Shown here piece by piece: positions 17,131 through 26,098 of a stretch of 64,000 bases of DNA. Made by a program: the position numbers and the translations under genes. The DNA is from Bacilli bacterium (GTDB taxonomy: Bacteria; Bacillota_I; Bacilli_A; RF39; UBA660), in NCBI GenBank assembly GCA_017484125.1, contig JAFUTV010000025.1:1235-65234 (forward strand), in the 5' to 3' direction. The notes beneath the pieces are model-generated. The model had not been told where the DNA came from. It saw nothing but the letters and a program-made list of their open reading frames with translations, and did no database searches. Positions within the stretch are counted from its first letter, which is position 1. Each line of letters begins with the position of its first letter.

Positions 17131-17754
17131 ATGTTAGTAAGTGTATCATTTTTAAAAAATATTAATGGTGAAAAACAAACAATATTAGATATTGCTAAAT
17201 CAAATGCTGATTTTATTCACGTTGATATAATGGATGGAAAATTTGTTGATAATAAAAATTTTACATATGATGAAATAAAAGATTATTTTGTAAATGTTGA
17301 TAAACCTTTAGATATCCACTTAATGGTTAATGATGTCATGTCATATATTAAAGATTTTGCTAAATTAAAACCAGAATATATTACTTTTCATATCGAAGCA
17401 ACAGATAATGTATTAGAATGTATTAATTATTTAAAAGATAATAATATTAAGTGCGGTATTGCAATCAATCCAGAAACTAGTATCTCTTCAATATTAAAAT
17501 ACTTAGATAAAATAGATTTAGTACTGGTAATGGGTGTTCATCCAGGTTATGGTGGTCAAGAATTTATAAAAGAAGTAACTTTAAAAATTGATGAATTAAA
17601 GAAATTACAAATTAATTATAATTATATAATTAATGTTGATGGTGGAGTAAATGGTGATACTATTAATATTATTAATAGTGATATGGTAGTATCTGGCTTT
17701 TATGTAGTATCAAATGATAATTATAATGAAAGAATAGATACTTTAAGAAAATAG
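17131..17754 (+). CDS. rpe: Ribulose-phosphate 3-epimerase
   Basis: HVDIMDGKFV, DIHLMV, ITFH and VMGVHPGYGGQEF motifs are present, and the synteny is conserved. Confidence 0.85.
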   Translation: MLVSVSFLKNINGEKQTILDIAKSNADFIHVDIMDGKFVDNKNFTYDEIKDYFVNVDKPLDIHLMVNDVMSYIKDFAKLKPEYITFHIEATDNVLECINYLKDNNIKCGIAINPETSISSILKYLDKIDLVLVMGVHPGYGGQEFIKEVTLKIDELKKLQINYNYIINVDGGVNGDTINIINSDMVVSGFYVVSNDNYNERIDTLRK

Positions 17755-17779
17755 ATATTTTAATTATCTATTTTTTTTT
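17749..17779 (+). terminator. Intrinsic terminator after rpe
   Basis: AAATAGATA/TATCTATTT 9-bp stem with a 7-nt loop and a long T-run. Confidence 0.7.
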
Positions 17780-17811
17780 GATATAATAGTAAATGAAATA
17801 AGGTGTTATTT

Positions 17812-18447
17812 ATGCAAGTATATTTAGACAACTATTTAATTGATGTAATAATTGAATATAAAAATAATAAAAATCTATATATTAGATTTAATGATGATTT
17901 AAAAATGCATGTTACATGTAATAGATTTGTGACAGAAAGAAAAATATTATCTGTAATAAAAGAAAATGAAAAATCTTTAATAAAAATGTATGAAAGACAA
18001 CAAAAGGAAGTACAAAATGATAATTTTTATTATTATTTAGGTGAAAAATACACTATAGTTTATGATGAAAGTATTAAAAGTCCTTTAATTGATGAAAATT
18101 TAATTATTGTTAAAGATAAAAAAATGTTAGATAAATTTACTAAGGATAGTATTACTAGAATATTTCAAGAAAGATTGGATAAATGTGCATTAATGTTTGA
18201 TAATATTCCTAAATACACTCTTAGAATAAGAAAAATGAAGACAAGATGGGGTGTAAATAATCGTGGTAATAACACTATTACTTTAAATACAGAATTAATA
18301 AAAAAAGATATTACTTTAATTGATTATGTTTGTATTCACGAATTGTGTCATTTTTTAGAAGCTAATCATAGTGAAAGATTTTGGTATCAAGTATCACTTA
18401 GATATCCATATTATAAAAGAGCAAGAAAAATGCTAAGGGAGGTCTAA
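17812..18447 (+). CDS. YgjP-like (DUF45) M48-type zinc metallopeptidase
   Basis: ATG 17812 follows AAGGTG. It carries the HELCHFLEANHSERFW (HExxH...H) motif and the RKMKTRWG segment typical of DUF45. Confidence 0.75.
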   Translation: MQVYLDNYLIDVIIEYKNNKNLYIRFNDDLKMHVTCNRFVTERKILSVIKENEKSLIKMYERQQKEVQNDNFYYYLGEKYTIVYDESIKSPLIDENLIIVKDKKMLDKFTKDSITRIFQERLDKCALMFDNIPKYTLRIRKMKTRWGVNNRGNNTITLNTELIKKDITLIDYVCIHELCHFLEANHSERFWYQVSLRYPYYKRARKMLREV

Positions 18448-18449
18448 TT

Positions 18450-19187
18450 ATGGAAATAATAACATCTTTACAAAATGATAAAATAAAACAATTAAATAAG
18501 TTAAATGAAAAAAAATATCGTGATGAAAGTAATTTATTTTTAGTTGAAGGAGAACATCTAGTAAATGAAGCTTATCAAACTAATCAATTAACTGAAGTAT
18601 TAGTTACAAATGAAAGTGATAGTAATTTAGATATTAAAACAACGTTAATAACTCAAGATGTAATGAAAAAACTTTCTAAAATGCAGTCTCCTAGTAATAT
18701 TATTGGAGTATGTAAAAAATTTAATCCAATAGGTTATGGCAAAAGAATAATACTATTAGATGGAATTCAAGATCCAGGAAATTTAGGAACAATCATTAGA
18801 AGTGCCATGTCCTTTAATATAGATACAGTAGTTTTAGGGGAAGATACTGTTGATTTATATAATGACAAAGTTATTAGAGCTAGTGAAGGAATGATTTTTC
18901 ATATAGATGTATTAAGAAAAAATCTAAATGATTTTATTTTAGAATTAAAAGATAATAATTATACAATTTATACTACGGATGTTAATGGTGGAAAAATTAT
19001 AAGTGATGTTGATTTTAAAGAAAAATGTGCTATAATATTAGGCCATGAAGGAAAGGGCGTAGGTGATATTAGATTGTTAGCAGATGAATCACTTTATATT
19101 CCAATGAATAAAAAATGTGAAAGTTTAAATGTTAGTGTTGCTGCATCTATTATCATGTATGAGATGAGTAAAAGAGATTATGAATAA
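18450..19187 (+). CDS. TrmH/SpoU-family RNA 2'-O-methyltransferase
   Basis: SpoU motifs are present (LDGIQDPGNLGTIIRSA, ILGHEGKGV, IPM....SLNVSVAASI). Confidence 0.85.
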   Translation: MEIITSLQNDKIKQLNKLNEKKYRDESNLFLVEGEHLVNEAYQTNQLTEVLVTNESDSNLDIKTTLITQDVMKKLSKMQSPSNIIGVCKKFNPIGYGKRIILLDGIQDPGNLGTIIRSAMSFNIDTVVLGEDTVDLYNDKVIRASEGMIFHIDVLRKNLNDFILELKDNNYTIYTTDVNGGKIISDVDFKEKCAIILGHEGKGVGDIRLLADESLYIPMNKKCESLNVSVAASIIMYEMSKRDYE

Positions 19188-19509
19188 CATAGTTTATTAT
19201 AAAAATGATTATTTAGAATTTGATAAGGCTAATTATTATGTTCAATATGCTTTAGAAAGTATTGCAGATTTTAATAATACTTATATTAGTTATTATTTTT
19301 TTAATAATAACATAATAAAATTTAAGGTTGAAGATGATTATTATTCTTTTAAAAGAGAAACAATATTGGATCAAGTTACGTATTTAAATTTATTAAAATA
19401 TGGAATTAAACTAAAAGAAGAAATAGATGTTGATATTAATTTATGTTTACAAGAAAACAAATTATTATTTAAAATAGCATATAGTAAAATATTAAAAAGA
19501 AAGAAGTAA
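19180..19509 (+). CDS. Hypothetical protein (109 aa)
   Basis: The ORF overlaps the upstream stop and lies within an operon. I recognise no family. Confidence 0.5.
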   Translation: MNNIVYYKNDYLEFDKANYYVQYALESIADFNNTYISYYFFNNNIIKFKVEDDYYSFKRETILDQVTYLNLLKYGIKLKEEIDVDINLCLQENKLLFKIAYSKILKRKK

Positions 19510-19517
19510 AAGGGTTT

Positions 19518-20009
19518 ATGAATTATATTTATATTGGAAAAATAGTTAATACTCATGGTATTAAGGGTGAACTTCGTTTATTAAGTGATTTTGATAAAAA
19601 AGAATTAGTTTTTAAAAAAGATTTTAATATATATATTGGAAATAATTATATTAAGGAAACTATTAATTCTTATCGTCATCATAAAATGTTTGATATGATT
19701 ACTTTAAAGGGGTATGATAATATCAATGAAGTATTAAAATATAAAGATAATAATGTATATATAAATAGAGATGATTTAAACTTAAATAATAATGATTATG
19801 TTTTAGAAGATTTAATAAATCTAAACATTAAAGAAGATAATGAAATAATTGGAAAAGTTATTGATTATGTAAATAATTCAAATAATGTTTTATTAGTAGT
19901 TTTGGGTACAAAGAAGTTTTATATACCTTTAGTTAGTGAATATATTATTAAAGTAGATTTAAATAATAATGAAATAATTACAAAGAATGTTAAGGATTTG
20001 ATTATATGA
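19518..20009 (+). CDS. rimM: 16S rRNA processing protein RimM
   Basis: It has the N-terminal IGKIVNTHGIKGELRL motif. It lies immediately upstream of trmD and overlaps it. Confidence 0.9.
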   Translation: MNYIYIGKIVNTHGIKGELRLLSDFDKKELVFKKDFNIYIGNNYIKETINSYRHHKMFDMITLKGYDNINEVLKYKDNNVYINRDDLNLNNNDYVLEDLINLNIKEDNEIIGKVIDYVNNSNNVLLVVLGTKKFYIPLVSEYIIKVDLNNNEIITKNVKDLII

Positions 20010-20674
20010 AAATAGATATTTTGACATTATTTCCTAATATGTTTGATAATATTTTTAATGAATCTATTATTAAAAGAGCTAAGGAAAATAATTTAGTAGA
20101 AATAAATATCATTGATTTTAGAAAGTATTCACTTGATCCTCATCAAAAAGTTGATGATAGTCCATATGGTGGTGGTGCTGGAATGGTGCTTACTTGTCAG
20201 CCTATATTTGATGCCATTGATGATATTAAAACAAAGAATTCTAAAGTAATATTATTAACACCATCAGGAACTCCATATAAACAAAAACAAGCATATGACT
20301 TTTCCAAAGAAAAACATTTAATTATAATATGTGGACATTATGAAGGATTTGATGAAAGAATTAGAACTTTAGCTGACTATGAAATTTCTATTGGGGATTA
20401 TGTATTAACTGGTGGAGAAATACCTGCAATGGTTATTGTTGATAGCGTTACAAGATTAATACCTGGTGTCATAAATGAAGAAAGTCATATATGTGATTCA
20501 TTTAATGAGGATTACTTACTAGATTATCCAACATATACTAAACCAAGAATATATAATAATATGGAAGTACCAGAAATATTACTTTCAGGAGATCATAAAA
20601 AAATAGAAGAATATAGAAAGAAAGAAGCAATAAAGAAGACAAAAGAAGTAAGACCTGATTTACGAGGTGAATAA
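20006..20674 (+). CDS. trmD: tRNA (guanine37-N1)-methyltransferase
   Basis: ILTLFPNMF, VDDSPYGGGAGMV, CGHYEG.DER and GDYVLTGGE motifs are present. Confidence 0.95.
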   Translation: MKIDILTLFPNMFDNIFNESIIKRAKENNLVEINIIDFRKYSLDPHQKVDDSPYGGGAGMVLTCQPIFDAIDDIKTKNSKVILLTPSGTPYKQKQAYDFSKEKHLIIICGHYEGFDERIRTLADYEISIGDYVLTGGEIPAMVIVDSVTRLIPGVINEESHICDSFNEDYLLDYPTYTKPRIYNNMEVPEILLSGDHKKIEEYRKKEAIKKTKEVRPDLRGE

Positions 20675-20676
20675 AT

Positions 20677-21093
20677 ATGAAGTATATCATTAAAAAGAGA
20701 AATAAAGTATTAGAAATTGTTGATATCAATTATCCATTAAAGGGGTATAAATTTACTCCTAAAAATGAAGAAGTAAAATCTATTACTGTAACTGATGATA
20801 AACTAATTGATAAAATATTAACTATTAAAATTAATAATATTTTTACAAGATTATTAATGATTGTTAATGATGCATTTAATTCAGATGATAATCCAAGTGG
20901 TGTTGTTATTGCTCTTGATGAAATAGAATTAGTCAAAGGTATTATATTAAATAAATATCATAAGTTTTTAAAAAAGGAAAAAGAAGAATTATATTTAAAA
21001 AAATTATTATTAATAGAAGAAGAAATGAGATTTAAATATTATTCTTTACAAGAAAGTTATAATATAGTTGAAAACAAAGGAAAGAGTAGATAA
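20677..21093 (+). CDS. Hypothetical protein (138 aa) where rplS is usually found
   Basis: The ORF is tightly coupled to trmD. I recognise no family. Confidence 0.5.
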   Translation: MKYIIKKRNKVLEIVDINYPLKGYKFTPKNEEVKSITVTDDKLIDKILTIKINNIFTRLLMIVNDAFNSDDNPSGVVIALDEIELVKGIILNKYHKFLKKEKEELYLKKLLLIEEEMRFKYYSLQESYNIVENKGKSR

Positions 21094-21099
21094 TAATAT

Positions 21100-21125
21100 A
21101 GACACTTTAATTAAGTGTCTTTTTA
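21100..21125 (+). terminator. Intrinsic terminator
   Basis: AGACACTT/AAGTGTCT stem with a 5-nt loop and T5. Confidence 0.7.
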
Positions 21126-21217
21126 TTCAAAAATAATAAAATAGTTTATACCTTTACAAAATATCTAAAAAAAGTTAAAATATTATTAGCAATTATTTAA
21201 TAGAAAAGAGATTTTAT

Positions 21218-22453
21218 ATGTTACAAGTTATATATTATATGTTTTTTTCAATAACATTATTTTATGGACTTTATTATGCCATAACTGGATTATGGGGCTT
21301 TTTTAAACCAAAAACTTTTAGAATTAAACCATATTTACCAAAACATAAATTTGCAGTTATCATTCCGGCTAGAAATGAAGCAGATGTTGTTGGACATTTA
21401 GTATCATCTTTAATGGAAAGTAATTATCCTAAAAAATTATTTGATGTTTATGTAGCTGTAAATAATACAACTGATAATTCTAAAGAAGTGGCTAAAAAAG
21501 CTGGCGCTAAGGTTATTGATGTTAAGATTAAAGTTAAATCAAAAGGTGAAGTATTAAGATATGTTTTTGATAAACTAAAAAATGATAAAACAATAGACGC
21601 TTATGTAATTTTTGATGCTGATAATATTGTTCATCCTGATTTTTTAAGTAGAATGAATGATTGTTTATGCAGTGGTTATAATGTTGCTGAAGGATTTAGG
21701 GATTCAAAAAATATTACTGATAATTGGATAAGTGGTAGTTATTCACTTTATTATTACATGCAAAATTTTTTCTTTAATAAGTCTAGAATGACGTTGGGTA
21801 CTTCAGGTTCAATTAATGGCACAGGATTTATGATTAGAAAAGATAAAATAGATAAAGAAGGTTTTGAAACAAAAACAATGACTGAAGACATTGAATTTAC
21901 TGCTCAATGTGCACTAAAAAATGAGCCTATTGCTTTTGTTGAAGGTGCAATTACTTATGATGAACAACCTGTTAATTTTAAAGCATCATGGAAACAAAGA
22001 ACTAGATGGTCAGTTGGATGTTTACAATGTATGAAATTATATTCATTTAATCTTTTAAAACATTTTTTAAAAACAGGAAATTCATCTGCTTTTGATATGT
22101 TTATGAATTTTATTGCACCAGTAGTTCAAGTTATATGTCTAATAGAATTTGTAGCATTAATTTTATTTAGAATATTTAATGTTCAATTATATGATGTATT
22201 TTCAACATTATTTTCTAGTGGAATAGTATTCTTGGCACTATCATATATTTCAGGTGTAATAGTTAGTATTTTTGTCATTAAATATAATAAGAGAAAATCA
22301 AAAAATGTTATAAGTGCTATTGTTTTATTTGCTTTATTTATTCTTACATGGATTCCAATTAACGTTTTATGTTTATTTAAAAAAGACTTAAAATGGGAAG
22401 AAATTAAACATAAGAGGGGAATGGCTGCAAGTGATATCGGAATTCAAAAGTAA
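21218..22453 (+). CDS. Membrane-embedded processive family-2 glycosyltransferase (D, DxD, TED, QxxRW type)
   Basis: It carries VIIPARNE, FDADN, TEDIEFT and WKQRTRW (QxxRW) motifs. TM helices flank the catalytic domain, as in PNAG/cellulose/hyaluronan-type synthases. Confidence 0.8.
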   Translation: MLQVIYYMFFSITLFYGLYYAITGLWGFFKPKTFRIKPYLPKHKFAVIIPARNEADVVGHLVSSLMESNYPKKLFDVYVAVNNTTDNSKEVAKKAGAKVIDVKIKVKSKGEVLRYVFDKLKNDKTIDAYVIFDADNIVHPDFLSRMNDCLCSGYNVAEGFRDSKNITDNWISGSYSLYYYMQNFFFNKSRMTLGTSGSINGTGFMIRKDKIDKEGFETKTMTEDIEFTAQCALKNEPIAFVEGAITYDEQPVNFKASWKQRTRWSVGCLQCMKLYSFNLLKHFLKTGNSSAFDMFMNFIAPVVQVICLIEFVALILFRIFNVQLYDVFSTLFSSGIVFLALSYISGVIVSIFVIKYNKRKSKNVISAIVLFALFILTWIPINVLCLFKKDLKWEEIKHKRGMAASDIGIQK

Positions 22454-22679
22454 TTTATTAGTAAAAACAAAAAATAATCTATTAATAAATGAAGATGATA
22501 TAAATGCTTTAAAAAAATATGATATCAATGTTGATGATTATAAGACAATTAATGAATTATTATATAAAATTGATGACATAATAAATAATGAAGACTTAGA
22601 ATCTGATGAAATTGAAGAATTAGATTATATTGCTAATACTTTACAAGAAAGAAATTATTATATGAACTTTAAAAAGTAA
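22431..22679 (+). CDS. Small acidic hypothetical protein (82 aa)
   Basis: GTG start overlapping the GT2 3' end. There is no internal ATG until near the stop, so the start is uncertain. Confidence 0.35.
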   Translation: MISEFKSNLLVKTKNNLLINEDDINALKKYDINVDDYKTINELLYKIDDIINNEDLESDEIEELDYIANTLQERNYYMNFKK

Positions 22680-22746
22680 TTAATATTGCACTAATTAAAA
22701 AAATATAATAAAATAGATGGAAACTATTAGAAAAGAGGTACTTTTA

Positions 22747-24267
22747 ATGGCAAATAAGAAAAACAATTTTAGTTCTAAAAAGAAGAGTGCATCAAAAAAG
22801 AAAGTAGTGAGCACTACACAAAAGAAAACTACAACTAAAAAGACAACAACTGCAAAAAAAACAACTGCAAATAAAACTACTACTAAAAAAAGTAGTATTA
22901 AAAGTACTGCTTCTAAAAGTAAAAATACTGTAAGTAAAACTGCAGTAAAAAAGAAAACAACAACAAAAAAGCCTGAAGTAAAGGCAACAATTAAAGAGCC
23001 TATTAAGATAAATTTAGATGAGAATCTTAATAATACAAGATTAGATTTACCAAAATTAAAGGAAACAAAAACTCCAAAGGTAGAAGAAGTAAAAAAAGTA
23101 GAAACTAAGGAAGTTCCTAAAGTTGAAGAAATCAAAAAGATTGAACCTGTAAAAGAAGAAGTAAAAAAAGAAGAGATTAAGTCTAAAGAAGTATCAAAAA
23201 ATAATAATGAACCAAATAAAGTAATTAATACTGAAGAATTTAAAGTAATAAAAAAAGAACCAATTAAAATTTCAGAAAAAGAAGAAGAATCTTCTAGAGA
23301 AAAGATAGTTGGTAAAAAAAGAGTAACTAAATCTAATGCAAAAACAATTGCTCAAACAAAAAAGAGTTCTTTTAAAAAGAGAATTAATAAACTAAAAAGA
23401 AAAATAAAAATGTATGGATTTAGTAGTGTTTTTCCTGTTAAGTATTTTATTTTAATAATTGTAATTGCTGCATTACTATTAATTTCTCCATATATATATA
23501 GATTATTAACTAATCAACCATTAATGCTTGATATATCTTCTATTCCTAATAAGATAGATCAAATTACTACTGTATCTTTTAATATGAATGATGTAAATGA
23601 TATTATTAAATCATCTAACGCTTATAGTGATATTTCAAGTTTAAAAGATTATTATGAATATGATTTTCAAAATGTTTTTGAATTAAATAGTAGTTATGTA
23701 GATGAATTTACTATTAAATATAGTAAGAAGAATAAGGAAGCATTTATTGTTATTAAGGCAACTGATGATAATCAAGATAATATTAAAAATACATTTGATA
23801 AATTTTTTAAAGATAATAAAATTAAAAATTATGAATATTTAGAATATGATGGATATCAAATATATATAAAGAGTAAAGATGAAGGAAGTAATAAGATTGT
23901 TAAAAGTAAAATAATGCAATCAAAAATTAGAGTATTTAATTTATTAAAAGAATTAAAAAAAGACGAAATAGAACAAACATTTGGAATTTCTGATAGTTAT
24001 TATTCTGAAGCTATAGTTAAAAATTCAATGATAGTAAAATCTGATGTTTGTGAATATGCTATTTTTAAACCTGTAAATCAAAATGCTAAAACAAAAATAA
24101 TGAATACTATGCAAGATTATTATTCAGGATTAGAGTCAAAATGGAATAAAGATGAAGATAATATGTCTTTAATTAAAAATAGATATTTTGAGGAATATCA
24201 AGGATATTTAATATACATTATTTCTTATGATAATGATCTAGTAATGAATTTAATAAAAAGTAATTAA
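22747..24267 (+). CDS. Bitopic membrane protein with a Lys/Thr-rich, then Glu/Lys/Val-rich, cytoplasmic N-region and a globular extracytoplasmic C-domain
   Basis: ATG 22747 follows AGAGGT. The N-region contains KKTTTKKTTTAKKTTANKTTTKK low complexity and EVKK/PKVEE repeats. A single TM helix (YFILIIVIAALLLISPYIY) precedes a ~260-aa C-domain. Confidence 0.65.
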   Translation: MANKKNNFSSKKKSASKKKVVSTTQKKTTTKKTTTAKKTTANKTTTKKSSIKSTASKSKNTVSKTAVKKKTTTKKPEVKATIKEPIKINLDENLNNTRLDLPKLKETKTPKVEEVKKVETKEVPKVEEIKKIEPVKEEVKKEEIKSKEVSKNNNEPNKVINTEEFKVIKKEPIKISEKEEESSREKIVGKKRVTKSNAKTIAQTKKSSFKKRINKLKRKIKMYGFSSVFPVKYFILIIVIAALLLISPYIYRLLTNQPLMLDISSIPNKIDQITTVSFNMNDVNDIIKSSNAYSDISSLKDYYEYDFQNVFELNSSYVDEFTIKYSKKNKEAFIVIKATDDNQDNIKNTFDKFFKDNKIKNYEYLEYDGYQIYIKSKDEGSNKIVKSKIMQSKIRVFNLLKELKKDEIEQTFGISDSYYSEAIVKNSMIVKSDVCEYAIFKPVNQNAKTKIMNTMQDYYSGLESKWNKDEDNMSLIKNRYFEEYQGYLIYIISYDNDLVMNLIKSN

Positions 24268-24326
24268 ATTTTTATTGTTAAATAATGTAAAATACTAATT
24301 TAATATAATCTAATTATATTAATTAG

Positions 24327-24376
24327 TGGTATAATTAAAAAGAGCCAAGTGGTTCTCATTAGAGAATCACTTTTTT
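24327..24376 (+). promoter_or_regulatory. pyrG promoter (extended -10) plus leader terminator/attenuator
   Basis: TGgTATAAT lies at 24327-24335. Hairpin GTGGTTCTC-ATTA-GAGAATCAC (24349-24370) is followed by T6 (24371-24376), 24 nt before the pyrG ATG. Confidence 0.5.
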
Positions 24377-24400
24377 GTTATTTTAAGGAGGTATTATATT

Positions 24401-26005
24401 ATGACAAAATATGTTTTCGTTACTGGTGGAGTTGTATCTGGACTTGGAAAAGGAATAACAGCTTCTTCACTAGCATTGCTATTAAAAGCAAGAGGATACA
24501 AAGTTTTTATGCAAAAATTTGATCCATATTTTAATGTCGATCCAGGTACAATGAATCCAATTCAACATGGAGAAGTTTTTGTGACTTATGATGGATGTGA
24601 AACTGATTTAGATTTAGGACATTATGAAAGATTTATTGATGAAGAATTAAATTATACTTCAAATATTACAAGTGGGAAAATATATAAAAATGTTATTGAA
24701 AAAGAAAGAAAAGGAGATTACTTGGGGGCTACTGTTCAACTTGTGCCTCATATAACTAATGAAATAAAAAATAAAGTGTATGAAGCAGGACTTTCAAGTG
24801 GTGCTGATATTGTTATTACTGAAGTTGGTGGTACTGTTGGTGATATAGAAAGTTTAGCTTTTTTAGAGGCATTAAGACAAATTCAAATGGAAAAAGGAAG
24901 AGATAATACATTCTTTATTCATACTACCTTAATACCTTATATATATGGATCTAATGAATTAAAAACCAAACCTACACAAAACAGTGTTAAAGATTTAAGA
25001 AATTTAGGAATATCCCCAGATGCCCTTGCTTGTCGTACTCCATATAATACACCAGATAGTGTTAAAGAAAAATTAGCTTTATTTTGTAACGTTAATAAAG
25101 AAAACATAATTGATGAAATAGATGAAGAAAATATTTATCGCATACCACTTCATTTATATGAACAACATATAGATGAAATAGTTTTAAAACAGTTTAATTT
25201 AAAGGTTAATAAAGCTAACATTAAATATTGGCAAGATATCATTAATACTATGGAAAATTTAAGTAATGAAATAGAAATATCTTTAGTAGGTAAATATACT
25301 GAACTACATGATGCTTATCTAAGTGTAATGGAATCATTACATCATGCAGGATATAAATATAATACAAAAATTAATATTAATTGGGTTGATTCAGAAAAAT
25401 TAGAATCAAATGATGTTGATTTAAAAAAGGTATTTAAAAATTCTAAGGGAATTATAGTCCCAGGTGGTTTTGGAAGTCGTGGAATTGAAGGAATGATTAA
25501 AGCAATTACTTATGCTCGTGAAAATAAAGTTCCATATCTTGGTATATGCTTAGGAATGCAACTAGCGGTCATTGAATTTGCTAGAAATGTTTGTAAATTA
25601 GATGATGCTTCATCAACTGAATTTAATGCTTTATGTAAAAATCCTGTTATAGACTTAATGGATTCTCAAAAAGGAATACTAAATATGGGTGGTACCTTAA
25701 GATTAGGAAATTATGAATGTTCTTTAAAAAAGGGAACCATAGCCTATAAAGATTATCAAGCTGATAAAATATTCCAAAGACATAGACATAGATATGAATT
25801 TAATAATAAATATAAAGATATTATTGAATCTAATGGAATGATAGTTTCTGGAGTAAATGAAATTGCTAATCTTGTTGAAATTGTAGAATTAAAAGATCAT
25901 CCACATTTTGTTGGTGTACAATTTCATCCAGAATTTAAATCTCGTCCAAATAGACCAGAGCCAGTGTTTGCCTCATTTATTGAAGCTGCTACTAAAAAGA
26001 AGTAG
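24401..26005 (+). CDS. pyrG: CTP synthase
   Basis: TKYVFVTGGVVSGLGKGI, DPYFNVDPGTMNP.QHGEVFVT.DG.ETDLDLGHYERF, GICLGMQ and the HRHRYEFN glutaminase motif are present. Confidence 0.97.
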   Translation: MTKYVFVTGGVVSGLGKGITASSLALLLKARGYKVFMQKFDPYFNVDPGTMNPIQHGEVFVTYDGCETDLDLGHYERFIDEELNYTSNITSGKIYKNVIEKERKGDYLGATVQLVPHITNEIKNKVYEAGLSSGADIVITEVGGTVGDIESLAFLEALRQIQMEKGRDNTFFIHTTLIPYIYGSNELKTKPTQNSVKDLRNLGISPDALACRTPYNTPDSVKEKLALFCNVNKENIIDEIDEENIYRIPLHLYEQHIDEIVLKQFNLKVNKANIKYWQDIINTMENLSNEIEISLVGKYTELHDAYLSVMESLHHAGYKYNTKININWVDSEKLESNDVDLKKVFKNSKGIIVPGGFGSRGIEGMIKAITYARENKVPYLGICLGMQLAVIEFARNVCKLDDASSTEFNALCKNPVIDLMDSQKGILNMGGTLRLGNYECSLKKGTIAYKDYQADKIFQRHRHRYEFNNKYKDIIESNGMIVSGVNEIANLVEIVELKDHPHFVGVQFHPEFKSRPNRPEPVFASFIEAATKKK

Positions 26006-26024
26006 ATAACTATTTCTTTTTTTT
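25996..26024 (+). terminator. Intrinsic terminator after pyrG
   Basis: AAAGAAGTAG/CTATTTCTTT stem (one G-U pair) with a 4-nt loop and a T-run. Confidence 0.65.
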
Positions 26025-26098
26025 ATTAGTTGAATAAAATATTATTATTTGTTATTATTAAATAGTTGTATTATATAATATAATAAAGGAGAAATTTT

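Noticed and set aside
22695-23135. A 146-aa minus-strand ORF rich in Phe/Val/Leu.
   Set aside because: It is the antisense reading of the Lys/Thr/Glu-rich repeat region (AAA/ACT/GAA codons read as TTT/AGT/TTC). It is therefore an artefact of low-complexity coding sequence.
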